IMG/VR virus record: IMGVR_UViG_3300029305_006397
Direction: 5' to 3' (one strand)
DNA: 64,000 bases
Source: a virus
The notes beneath the pieces were generated by a model. It was not told the origin of the DNA, ran no database searches, and saw only the letters and a list, made by a program, of their open reading frames with translations. Every line of letters begins with the position of its first letter. Position 1 is the first letter of the stretch. The translations under genes were made by a program, and so were the position numbers. Below, piece by piece: positions 20,701-28,613 of this stretch.

Positions 20701-22011
20701 CATTTATTTAATCGTTGGGACAAGAGTGGCTTTATTGATGGAGATAAAGTTGTAAATGCAATTTTTGACAAATTTGAATATACCACAAGTTCTTTTGTTG
20801 GTAAAGAATTGAAGGATTTGACTCCTGTAGAGATTTATGCCATGAATAAATTAGGATTGGCTGAAAGTATCGTACAGGATAAGGATGAATTTTCTTTTAC
20901 CATTGGAAACGATGTAGACTATGACGATATTGAGTCCGAATTGATTATATCAGAAAAGACTGTATTTGATGGAACAAATCATTTTGATACGGGAATAAAA
21001 TTGTTCGATGAAGATAGAGATTTTGTACTTGTTATCGATTACGAATTTTTGAGTGGGAATACAACCAACGCCGTTCTCGCACAATGCTTCCAAGCGAATG
21101 GTACGAATGGATTTAAATTGTGGTATAATTCAAATTCTGATTATACCGGGGCAAGATTTACCTGGGGTACGACATCCCATAATATTGCAATCACGAATAA
21201 ACGAGAATTGGTAGTTATCAGGCATAAAAAGGGAGAGAATAACCTGATAATTTATAATTCTAATCTGGATGGAGATACTCTTACAACAGTAAATCTTGAA
21301 AGAACCAGATCAACACTTGGAGACAGTACGTTGGTATTTGGCTGCGCAAAAGCTGATGATGGTATTTATGAAAACTATGGTATTGGTAACATCAACTGGT
21401 GCAAAGTATGGTATAAAGACCTTGGAGAGTCAGTTTGCAGAAATCTTGCAATTTGGACACATGAAAGAATTACACTTGAAGCGTGTGGATTTAGAAAATA
21501 CTATTTAACTGAAAACGCTTCTAAAAGATGTTCGTTCAGCTTATTGGCCTCTCACTTATTAAATCGTAATAAAAAATGGAATATATCAAACAGTAATGCG
21601 GGAGGTTGGGCAGACTCTGCATTGAATGCGTCGTTAAATGGAAGGCTGTATAACGCTATTCCAGAACAGATTCGCTCTTTAATCAAACAGGTGAAAGTCC
21701 CGTATCAGCTTGGATCAAAATCGGTTGATATTGAAACGACAGATTGCTATATCACTGTTCCCGCCTGTATAGAAGTTGATTCTACAATGAATACTGAGCC
21801 ATATAGCAATGAAGGAACAGCTATTTCCTATTTGACAACTAATGAATCCAGAATACGAGCATACTTTGATGGAGATGATGCTAGATATTGGCTACGCTCT
21901 CCAAATGCCGGATATGTTAATTATGTTTATTGCGTTAACGCGGATGGATCATTGTATGGATTTGCGAATCCTTATTCTGAATATGGAGTATTAATTGAGA
22001 TTTCATTTTAA
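14791..22011 (+). CDS. giant multidomain tail fibre/adhesin (about 2,400 aa) with CotH-like, LRR, LamG-like and Listeria-Bacteroides-type repeat regions
   Basis: One uninterrupted ORF. ATG 14791 follows GGAGG. Domains read by eye, in order: BppU_N-like N-terminus; DLTGYATE(E/K) coil repeats; Ig-like segments; two ConA/LamG-like segments; a CotH-like core ([37 protein letters not shown]); LRRs (19.7-20.2 kb); two repeats ending F(A/N)(G/R)WD; and a C-terminal YWLRSP domain. Confidence 0.8.
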   Translation: [2406 protein letters not shown]

Positions 22012-22021
22012 TTAAGGTACT

Positions 22022-22046
22022 GAGGCCAGGTAAGTTACCTGGCCTC
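22022..22046 (+). terminator. GC-rich hairpin (weak terminator or RNA-stabilising element)
   Basis: GAGGCCAGGT-AAGTT-ACCTGGCCTC, a perfect 10-bp stem. The downstream T-tract is poor (GTATTGGG). Confidence 0.5.
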
Positions 22047-22063
22047 GTATTGGGAGGGATAGG

Positions 22064-22378
22064 ATGTATTACAAGGTTATATGCAATGGTAAGGTTATTG
22101 ATATATTAGATCGACTGGTTTTTATGAAATATCAACCCAAACATAGAATTATGGTCTTATGTGATGAATCAGAAGCGCAAGCAATTTTATCTTCTGATAA
22201 AAATACGGTTTGGCACGAAGCAACTATGTATAAAATACCTGTTGAAGGTTACGATACTGTAACCGTTGAAAGAATTGACGAATATGAATATAAGCAATTA
22301 AAGATGCTGCAGGGAAAAACGCCCGAAGAAATTATCGATGCTTTTGTATTGGATTTGATTCAAGAGGGAGTGCTTTAA
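22064..22378 (+). CDS. hypothetical protein (XkdW-like by position only)
   Basis: 104 aa with GGGAGGG SD. Sits between the giant fibre gene and the XkdX-like mini-gene. Confidence 0.5.
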   Translation: MYYKVICNGKVIDILDRLVFMKYQPKHRIMVLCDESEAQAILSSDKNTVWHEATMYKIPVEGYDTVTVERIDEYEYKQLKMLQGKTPEEIIDAFVLDLIQEGVL

Positions 22379-22379
22379 G

Positions 22380-22511
22380 ATGAGGCAGATTATCGAATCA
22401 TTCAAGCGATTATATCAAGATAATAAGATAGACAAAGAAGTGATCGAGTCCATTTATAATAAGGGAACGATCAATGAAAGTGAAAAAAAGTATATCATGA
22501 ATATTGAATAA
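22380..22511 (+). CDS. XkdX-like small protein (43 aa; below the ORF-track size cut-off)
   Basis: Sequence MRQIIESFKRLYQDNKIDKEVIESIYNKGTINESEKKYIMNIE. GAGGGAG SD lies 9 nt upstream. Size and the ..Y..g.I(T/N)..E(Y/K) pattern match XkdX-family proteins found after fibre genes. Confidence 0.6.
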   Translation: MRQIIESFKRLYQDNKIDKEVIESIYNKGTINESEKKYIMNIE

Positions 22512-22512
22512 G

Positions 22513-22542
22513 AAGATCACGATTATTTGTGATCTTTTTATA
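22513..22542 (+). terminator. intrinsic terminator
   Basis: AAGATCAC-gattattt-GTGATCTT followed by TTTATATATA. Confidence 0.7.
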
Positions 22543-22568
22543 TATACAAACTCAAGGAGGAAACTATT

Positions 22569-23558
22569 ATGAGTGAGTTACTTAGATCAAAACATGCCTT
22601 TGGTAACAAGGACAATATTGAAGCTGCGAAGGCAGCAGGCAGTATTGATGCATATGATGTGTTGTTCTTGAACAATGGCGAATTGGGCTGGATTGACAAA
22701 GAAGGCGAAACTGTCATTCATGCAGAACGAACTCAGGAAGCCCACACCCTCAATGGCACCAGCATTGGTGCCTTAGCTGATGGAACAACTGTTCCGGTCG
22801 GCGTTACTATTGATCAGTTTATCAAGATGATTTCTGAAAAAGCTGTTCCCGCCACTTACACTAAACCCACTGTAGCCATCACAAACAACGGCGGTCAGGC
22901 AAGCGGCAATGTAGAAGCTGGTACTTCTATTACTCCTAAGCTGAAGGCTACTTTCACCAAAAATGATGCAGGTGCTCTTTCTGAAATTAAAATCATGAAA
23001 GGCAGTACTAGCGTAGCAAATGGCACTACTTCTCCTCTTACTTATGACGGAGAAGCCGTTGTTATTGGCGATGAGACTATGACCTTCAAGGCATCTGCTA
23101 CTTATGGCGATGCTCCTGTAAAGAGTAATAACCTGGGTGCAGAATCCAAAGAAAACTGGTTTGCAGGCGGAACTGTTGAATCTTCTGCTTATAGCATTTC
23201 CGGTAAGCGTAATCTGTTCTATGGCACTGGCGTAGGTGCAGTTCCTGCTGCTACTTCTACTATGGTTCGTGGCCTTACTAACACTAAGCTGGCTCCTACT
23301 CAGGGCTATAGCTGGAATATCAACGTTGATGTTGGACAGCAATACATTGTTATTGCATATCCGGCAACGCTCCGTGATATTAATAACGTTACTTATGTGG
23401 AAGCAAATGATAGCGGCATGGCATCCAATTTCGCTAAGACTACAATTGATGTTGCAGATGCCCGTGGTGGCGAAAATGGTCTGACCTCCTACAAGGTCTA
23501 TACTTATGGCATGGCAGTTCCTGCTGCCGCTGCAATGACCTTTAAGGTCACAATTTAA
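22569..23558 (+). CDS. virion structural protein, fibre-associated (function unknown)
   Basis: 329 aa, strong AAGGAGG SD, G/A/T/S-rich beta-type composition. First gene of a terminator-bounded block of fibre-like genes. Confidence 0.55.
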   Translation: MSELLRSKHAFGNKDNIEAAKAAGSIDAYDVLFLNNGELGWIDKEGETVIHAERTQEAHTLNGTSIGALADGTTVPVGVTIDQFIKMISEKAVPATYTKPTVAITNNGGQASGNVEAGTSITPKLKATFTKNDAGALSEIKIMKGSTSVANGTTSPLTYDGEAVVIGDETMTFKASATYGDAPVKSNNLGAESKENWFAGGTVESSAYSISGKRNLFYGTGVGAVPAATSTMVRGLTNTKLAPTQGYSWNINVDVGQQYIVIAYPATLRDINNVTYVEANDSGMASNFAKTTIDVADARGGENGLTSYKVYTYGMAVPAAAAMTFKVTI

Positions 23559-23575
23559 TAAGGAGGTAAGATATT

Positions 23576-24967
23576 ATGGCTACTATTGAAAGCAAGAATT
23601 TACTTGTATGGGTTAAAGCGATGTCCAGAGGCCAAGCTTTACCGCTTGATGCTTCTGAAATTCATGAATCATTAGCTGCTGCTGAAGGCTATGCTGCGTC
23701 AGCGATTGCTTATGCGGGTCAGACTGTAAAGGCGTTGCTCGAAGACGGCAAATATCATGAGTACATTCTGCAGCCTACTGATGCTGGTTATGTTCTCGAA
23801 GAAGTTGGTGCAATCAAACAGAGTGATTTAAAACAGTATGTTCAGGTTATAAATGCGCTGCCTACCTCTAATCAGGAGCAGGGCGTTGTTTATATTAATA
23901 CTGCTGATTCCATCGGTTCCATTTGGACTGGTGAGGCATGGAGAGAAGTTTTTCGCGATGTTCAGCCTGTAATTGCAGAAATGCAGGAGGATATTTCAGA
24001 ACTTCAGGATGCCGTTGCAGAGAAGGCTCCTATTGCGAACCCTGTTTTCTCCGGTACTGTTAAAGTAGGAGAAGATGAAGTTGCTCTGAAGTCCTGGGTA
24101 GAAGGTTTATTTGCTAATTTAGAAGAATCTTGTGCAACCCCTGAAATTGTCGATAGTGAGCATCCTCTGCCGATGAATTATAAGGCAGGTAAGACCTATC
24201 GCGTGGCGGAAGCTGGTGTTTATGCTGGTGTTCAGTGTGAAATTGGCGACTTGATCCTGGTTGTTAAGGATTATGCTGAGGGCACTGCTTCCGACAATGA
24301 TTTCATGGTGCTTCAGGCTAACATTGACGGAGCTGTAACTTCTACTGCAAACGTTACTACTGTTGGCGAAATTGTGGTTTTTGACTCTGTAACTGGCAAG
24401 GTTATTAAGGGTTCCGGTGTTCAGATTGCGTCTTTAAATGATGCTATTGCAAAAGCGCATGAACATGCCAATGCAACTCAGCTTGCTACATATGATAAAA
24501 CCCAGGCAGAACTGCTTGCTGCTGCAAAGGCAGAAGCACAGGGTCTGGTAGACGCCCATGACGCAGCTGTTGCTGAAGCTCTTGGAGACAAAGCTGATAA
24601 AGCTACTACTCTGGCAGGTTATGGCATCACAGATGCTTATAACAAGACAGAGATTGACGCATCTTTACTGACCATTAGTGAGAACTTAAATACCAAAGTT
24701 AGCGGTGCAGAAGTTGATACTAAGATTTCAGACGCTAATAAGGAAGTATTGGAAGATGCTGCTACGGCTGCCGCCGAGGCACTTGAAGCTCGTGTAGGTA
24801 ATATTCCTGCGGATACCACTATCCAGAGCTACATTGACACTGCTGTTGGTTCTGGTGGCACTGCTTCTGCTACTGCCATTGCTACTGCAAAACAGGAAGC
24901 AATTGATACTTCTAACGCATATACTGATCAGCAGATTGCATCTGCTCTTGAAGTCGTAGAGTTCTAA
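23576..24967 (+). CDS. tail fibre protein
   Basis: Contains LAGYGITDAYNKTEID, the GYGITDA motif typical of phage tail fibres. Has Ala-rich coiled segments and AAGGAGG SD. Confidence 0.65.
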   Translation: MATIESKNLLVWVKAMSRGQALPLDASEIHESLAAAEGYAASAIAYAGQTVKALLEDGKYHEYILQPTDAGYVLEEVGAIKQSDLKQYVQVINALPTSNQEQGVVYINTADSIGSIWTGEAWREVFRDVQPVIAEMQEDISELQDAVAEKAPIANPVFSGTVKVGEDEVALKSWVEGLFANLEESCATPEIVDSEHPLPMNYKAGKTYRVAEAGVYAGVQCEIGDLILVVKDYAEGTASDNDFMVLQANIDGAVTSTANVTTVGEIVVFDSVTGKVIKGSGVQIASLNDAIAKAHEHANATQLATYDKTQAELLAAAKAEAQGLVDAHDAAVAEALGDKADKATTLAGYGITDAYNKTEIDASLLTISENLNTKVSGAEVDTKISDANKEVLEDAATAAAEALEARVGNIPADTTIQSYIDTAVGSGGTASATAIATAKQEAIDTSNAYTDQQIASALEVVEF

Positions 24968-24990
24968 TTGCCTAATATGGAGGTATAAAC

Positions 24991-25458
24991 ATGGCAGATG
25001 TAGTAACGACAAAAACGATTCTGTCAGTTTGTGCCACGGTCGCAAGTAAACTGCCTAATCTTGCATTGCAGGACGGCAGATTAATTTTCGTTAAAGATAA
25101 ACACAGACTTGCCCTTGATTTAGACGGTAAGAGAACATTCTATAATCAAATCGAAGAGCTGGCTACAGAGTCAGATCGCAAAGCGATTTTGGCTCCTGTA
25201 GCTGGCTTATATTATTTTGTTATAGATACGGCTGTATTATGGACTTATCAAAATGGGTGGATTCAAGTAACAACGCAGCCGCATGAAATTGTGTTTATTG
25301 GCGCAAGCATGCCAGAATTAGGTTCGAGCAAAACGCTTTATGTAAACAAAGTTGAAAAAAATATTTCTGTGTGGGACGAAGCATCTGGCAAATATGTACA
25401 GGTTGCGAATAACACAGAAAGAGCAAGCGAAGCAGATATTGATCTGCTTTTCATATAA
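24991..25458 (+). CDS. hypothetical fibre-block protein
   Basis: 155 aa with GGAGGT SD. The C-terminal ..ASEADIDLLFI motif is shared with neighbouring fibre genes. Confidence 0.5.
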   Translation: MADVVTTKTILSVCATVASKLPNLALQDGRLIFVKDKHRLALDLDGKRTFYNQIEELATESDRKAILAPVAGLYYFVIDTAVLWTYQNGWIQVTTQPHEIVFIGASMPELGSSKTLYVNKVEKNISVWDEASGKYVQVANNTERASEADIDLLFI

Positions 25459-25487
25459 ATGAACGTAAAAAAAGGAGGTAATGAATT

Positions 25488-26948
25488 ATGGCACAGACTA
25501 AATATGTTGATTATATTGGCCTTAAATATTATGATGAGAAACTGAAGGCATGGGTCGAAGACGCTGATGAGGCTATTTTGAAGAGCGCAAAAGATTATGC
25601 TGATGGTTTAGCAGACAATTATGATGCTTCCGGTACTGCTCAGACTAAGGTTGATGCACTTGCTAATGGTCAGGTAAAAGCAAATACCGAAGCCATTACA
25701 AAGCTGAATGGTGCAGAAACTGCTGCTGGCTCTGTTGCAAAGGCTGTTAAGGACGCAAAGGATGCACTGACTGTCGATATTGAAGCAGCTGCCGCTGCTG
25801 CTGAAGCTGCCCAGGAAGCTGCTGATGCTGCTCAGGGTGATGTAGATGCATTGGCTGAAGATGTCGGCAATGTCGAAAACCTTGATACCAGCAATCAGAC
25901 TGTTGTTGGCGCTATTAATGAAGTGCTTGCTGCAGTTGGCACTGGCGGCACTGCTGCTGTGGTGACTATTACATCTGATACCACAACCTCTGGCGCGCTA
26001 AAGTCTTACACCATTAAGCAGGGCAATGTAACCGTTGGCGTAATTGATATTCCCAAGGATATGGTTGTAGAATCTGGTGAAGTTGTCACCAATCCTGCTG
26101 GTCAGGCTGCAGGCACTTATATTAAGCTAGTGCTTGCGAATGTTGCCGATCCTCTGTACATTAATGTTGGCACTCTTGTAGATATTTACAAGGCGAAGGC
26201 AAATGCTTCACAGGTTCAGATTGCAATTGATTCTTCGACTCGCGAAATCAGCGCATCTATTGTTGCTGGTTCCGTGAACACCACTGAACTTGCTGACGAT
26301 GCAGTAGTTACTGTGAAGATTGCAGATGCTAACGTCACCAAGGCTAAGCTTGCCACCAGTGTTCAGGCGTCTCTTGACAAGGCAGATGCAGCAGCTACCA
26401 AGGCCGAATTTGACACTGAAGTTACTCGTGCAAAGGCTGCTGAAGCACAGGCTCTGACTGACGCCAAGAGTTATGCTGACACTGAAATTGGTAAGGAAAA
26501 GACTCGTGCAGAAGGCATCGAAGGTGGACTTGATTCTCGTATCCAGGCGCTTGAAGACAAATTTGGCGATGGCACTGGCACTGTTGAGGCTCAGATCGAA
26601 GCAGCCCAGGAAGCAGCAGAAAAGCATGCTGACGATCTTAATACTGCCATGGATACCCGTGTTAAGGCCGTTGAAGGCGCAAAGCATACTCATACTAACC
26701 TGGCTCTGCTCGAAACCTATACTCAGACTGAAGCAAATCTCGCTGATGCAGTGGCCAAGAAGCACAACCATACCAATAGTGCCGTATTAAATGGCATTAC
26801 TGCAGGTAAAGTAACGGATTGGGATAATGCTGCTGCGGCAATTGCCGATGGTGGTTCTCTGGAAGTGCGCATCGATGCACTTGAAGGTAAGGTAGGCGAT
26901 GGCTTTGTTGCCATTACCAATGCCGAAATCGACACTATGTTCGCTTAA
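25488..26948 (+). CDS. Ala-rich coiled-coil fibre protein
   Basis: 486 aa. N-terminal YVDYIGLKYYDEKLKAWV anchor-like motif, long A/E/K/T coiled regions, and a C-terminal ..ITNAEIDTMFA. Confidence 0.6.
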   Translation: MAQTKYVDYIGLKYYDEKLKAWVEDADEAILKSAKDYADGLADNYDASGTAQTKVDALANGQVKANTEAITKLNGAETAAGSVAKAVKDAKDALTVDIEAAAAAAEAAQEAADAAQGDVDALAEDVGNVENLDTSNQTVVGAINEVLAAVGTGGTAAVVTITSDTTTSGALKSYTIKQGNVTVGVIDIPKDMVVESGEVVTNPAGQAAGTYIKLVLANVADPLYINVGTLVDIYKAKANASQVQIAIDSSTREISASIVAGSVNTTELADDAVVTVKIADANVTKAKLATSVQASLDKADAAATKAEFDTEVTRAKAAEAQALTDAKSYADTEIGKEKTRAEGIEGGLDSRIQALEDKFGDGTGTVEAQIEAAQEAAEKHADDLNTAMDTRVKAVEGAKHTHTNLALLETYTQTEANLADAVAKKHNHTNSAVLNGITAGKVTDWDNAAAAIADGGSLEVRIDALEGKVGDGFVAITNAEIDTMFA

Positions 26949-26967
26949 TAAAACTATACTTTAATAC

Positions 26968-27000
26968 GAGGCGCAGCACATTCTGCGCCTCTTTTATTTT
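26968..27000 (+). terminator. intrinsic terminator
   Basis: GAGGCGCAG-cacatt-CTGCGCCTC followed by TTTTATTTT. Confidence 0.8.
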
Positions 27001-27018
27001 ATATTAGAGGTGAAAAGA

Positions 27019-27450
27019 ATGGCTGAGAAAACAATGAAAACGCTTACATTCAATGATTTAAAATATGAAATTGTTGATTCAGAAGCAAGAATAAAAATAG
27101 AAGAAATGCAAGAAGATCGGAGCAAGTTAATCGACGCTACTTTATCTCAATCTGAAAAGGCAGCTGATGCAAAAGTAGTAGGTGATACTCTTGCTGAAAA
27201 AGTACCTGTTACTCGAACAATTAATGGAAAAAAATTAAATGAAGACATTGAACTTTCCGCATCTGATATAGGTGCGTTATCAAGTGATGATATAGATAAA
27301 ACATTACTTATTGAGGGTTCTCCGGCAGATGCGAAAGTTACCGGAGAAAAAATAAGTGATATAGAAACTGAGCTTTCAGAAATTACGATTGATGAAATCA
27401 ACGAAATTGTAGGAAACACTTTGTATTCAGGAGATATGGAGGTGTTATAA
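27019..27450 (+). CDS. fibre adaptor-like protein (paralog of 29953-30306)
   Basis: 143 aa with AGAGGTG SD. Two ADAK(V)xG motifs. The C-terminus IDEINEIVGNTLYSGDMEVL is shared with the 29953-30306 protein. Its stop overlaps the next ATG (TAATG). Confidence 0.55.
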   Translation: MAEKTMKTLTFNDLKYEIVDSEARIKIEEMQEDRSKLIDATLSQSEKAADAKVVGDTLAEKVPVTRTINGKKLNEDIELSASDIGALSSDDIDKTLLIEGSPADAKVTGEKISDIETELSEITIDEINEIVGNTLYSGDMEVL

Positions 27451-28598
27451 TGGCTGTTTTAAAACGGAATGGACTTGAGCACTTATGGATGCAAGTTGTT
27501 CAAAAAATTGAGAACGCTATCTCAAATATTAATTATAAAGATGTCGGCGCAGCTCCGGATCAGCATGAGCATTCTTATTTAGGCATTGAAACAATTAATT
27601 ATAATTTGCCAGAAGGCACATGGAGAGATATTGCTTATGGCAATGGCGTATATGTTGCAATTGGAGATGGGCTTAAAGTAGCATATAGTTATGATTGTGT
27701 CACTTGGAATATTGTTGACGTTTCCGGATTGCTCAACAATCTCGATACGGTATCAACTGCATTATATGTAGTTTGGGGAAATGACAGGTTTGTGATCCAG
27801 ATTTATTATAGTGATCAAATATTATATAGTTCTGATGGTATTGAATGGCATGCTGCTTCCTTACCATCTTTTGAATACTGGCATGGTATAGCTTATGGCA
27901 ATGGAAGATTTGTGGTAGTTTCTCATGGCAGTATGGGAAGTAAAGTAGCTGCTTATAGTGATGACGCCATCACATGGACACCGACAGTATTGTCTACTTC
28001 TGCGCTTTGGAGCCAAATGACATTTGGAAATGGAACATTTGTCGCTGCTGCCACTAATTTGGGATACATTAATTACAGTACAGACAATGGTGTAACATGG
28101 AATGCAAGCAATTTACCTGATGAATGTTATTGTGCTAATATTGCCTTTGGGAATGGCGTATTTGTTGCAATCGATCACTCCTCCGGGAACACAGGTGTTT
28201 ATAGTAATGACGGTAGTAATTGGACAAAGGTTGAATTGCCTGTGTCTGCGAAATGGGAATTTATTTTATATAATGGAAACAAATTTTTAGCCGCGTCATC
28301 TGACGCTCATTTTATTTACAGTAGTGATGGAATAACATGGATTGAAGGCTCGGTTTTAAATTTTGCTTGGAGGAATGGAACAAGCGACAATCATAAAACC
28401 TGGATGATTTCTGAAAACGGAGTAATATCAAACAGTGAGGATGGCGTTGAATGGGCAATCGAAACTCCTTTTTTAATGCAAGATCATGAAGATTCATCGC
28501 AAACTTTGAAAGCTATTATTGGTAATCCATATCAATATGGAACAACTCTCCCCGAAACGGCTTCCGAAGGAGAATTGTTTTTTTTGTTAAATAGCTAG
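27450..28598 (+). CDS. receptor-binding protein candidate, BNR/Asp-box beta-propeller (about 7 blades)
   Basis: Repeated W..(I/M)(A/T)(Y/F)GNG.FV(A/V) strands alternate with S.DG..W Asp-box-like motifs (YSSDGIEW, YSDDAITW, YSTDNGVTW, YSNDGSNW, YSSDGITW, NSEDGVEW). Confidence 0.6.
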   Translation: MAVLKRNGLEHLWMQVVQKIENAISNINYKDVGAAPDQHEHSYLGIETINYNLPEGTWRDIAYGNGVYVAIGDGLKVAYSYDCVTWNIVDVSGLLNNLDTVSTALYVVWGNDRFVIQIYYSDQILYSSDGIEWHAASLPSFEYWHGIAYGNGRFVVVSHGSMGSKVAAYSDDAITWTPTVLSTSALWSQMTFGNGTFVAAATNLGYINYSTDNGVTWNASNLPDECYCANIAFGNGVFVAIDHSSGNTGVYSNDGSNWTKVELPVSAKWEFILYNGNKFLAASSDAHFIYSSDGITWIEGSVLNFAWRNGTSDNHKTWMISENGVISNSEDGVEWAIETPFLMQDHEDSSQTLKAIIGNPYQYGTTLPETASEGELFFLLNS

Positions 28599-28613
28599 TT
28601 GGGTGGTGTTTTT

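Noticed and set aside
22773-23342. 189-aa minus-strand ORF; similar cases at 26208-26771, 24728-25045 and 26723-26935
   Set aside because: These are antisense to Ala/Gly/Thr-rich fibre genes. GCN/GGN-rich codons leave the opposite strand open by chance. They have no SD and run against the co-directional operon.
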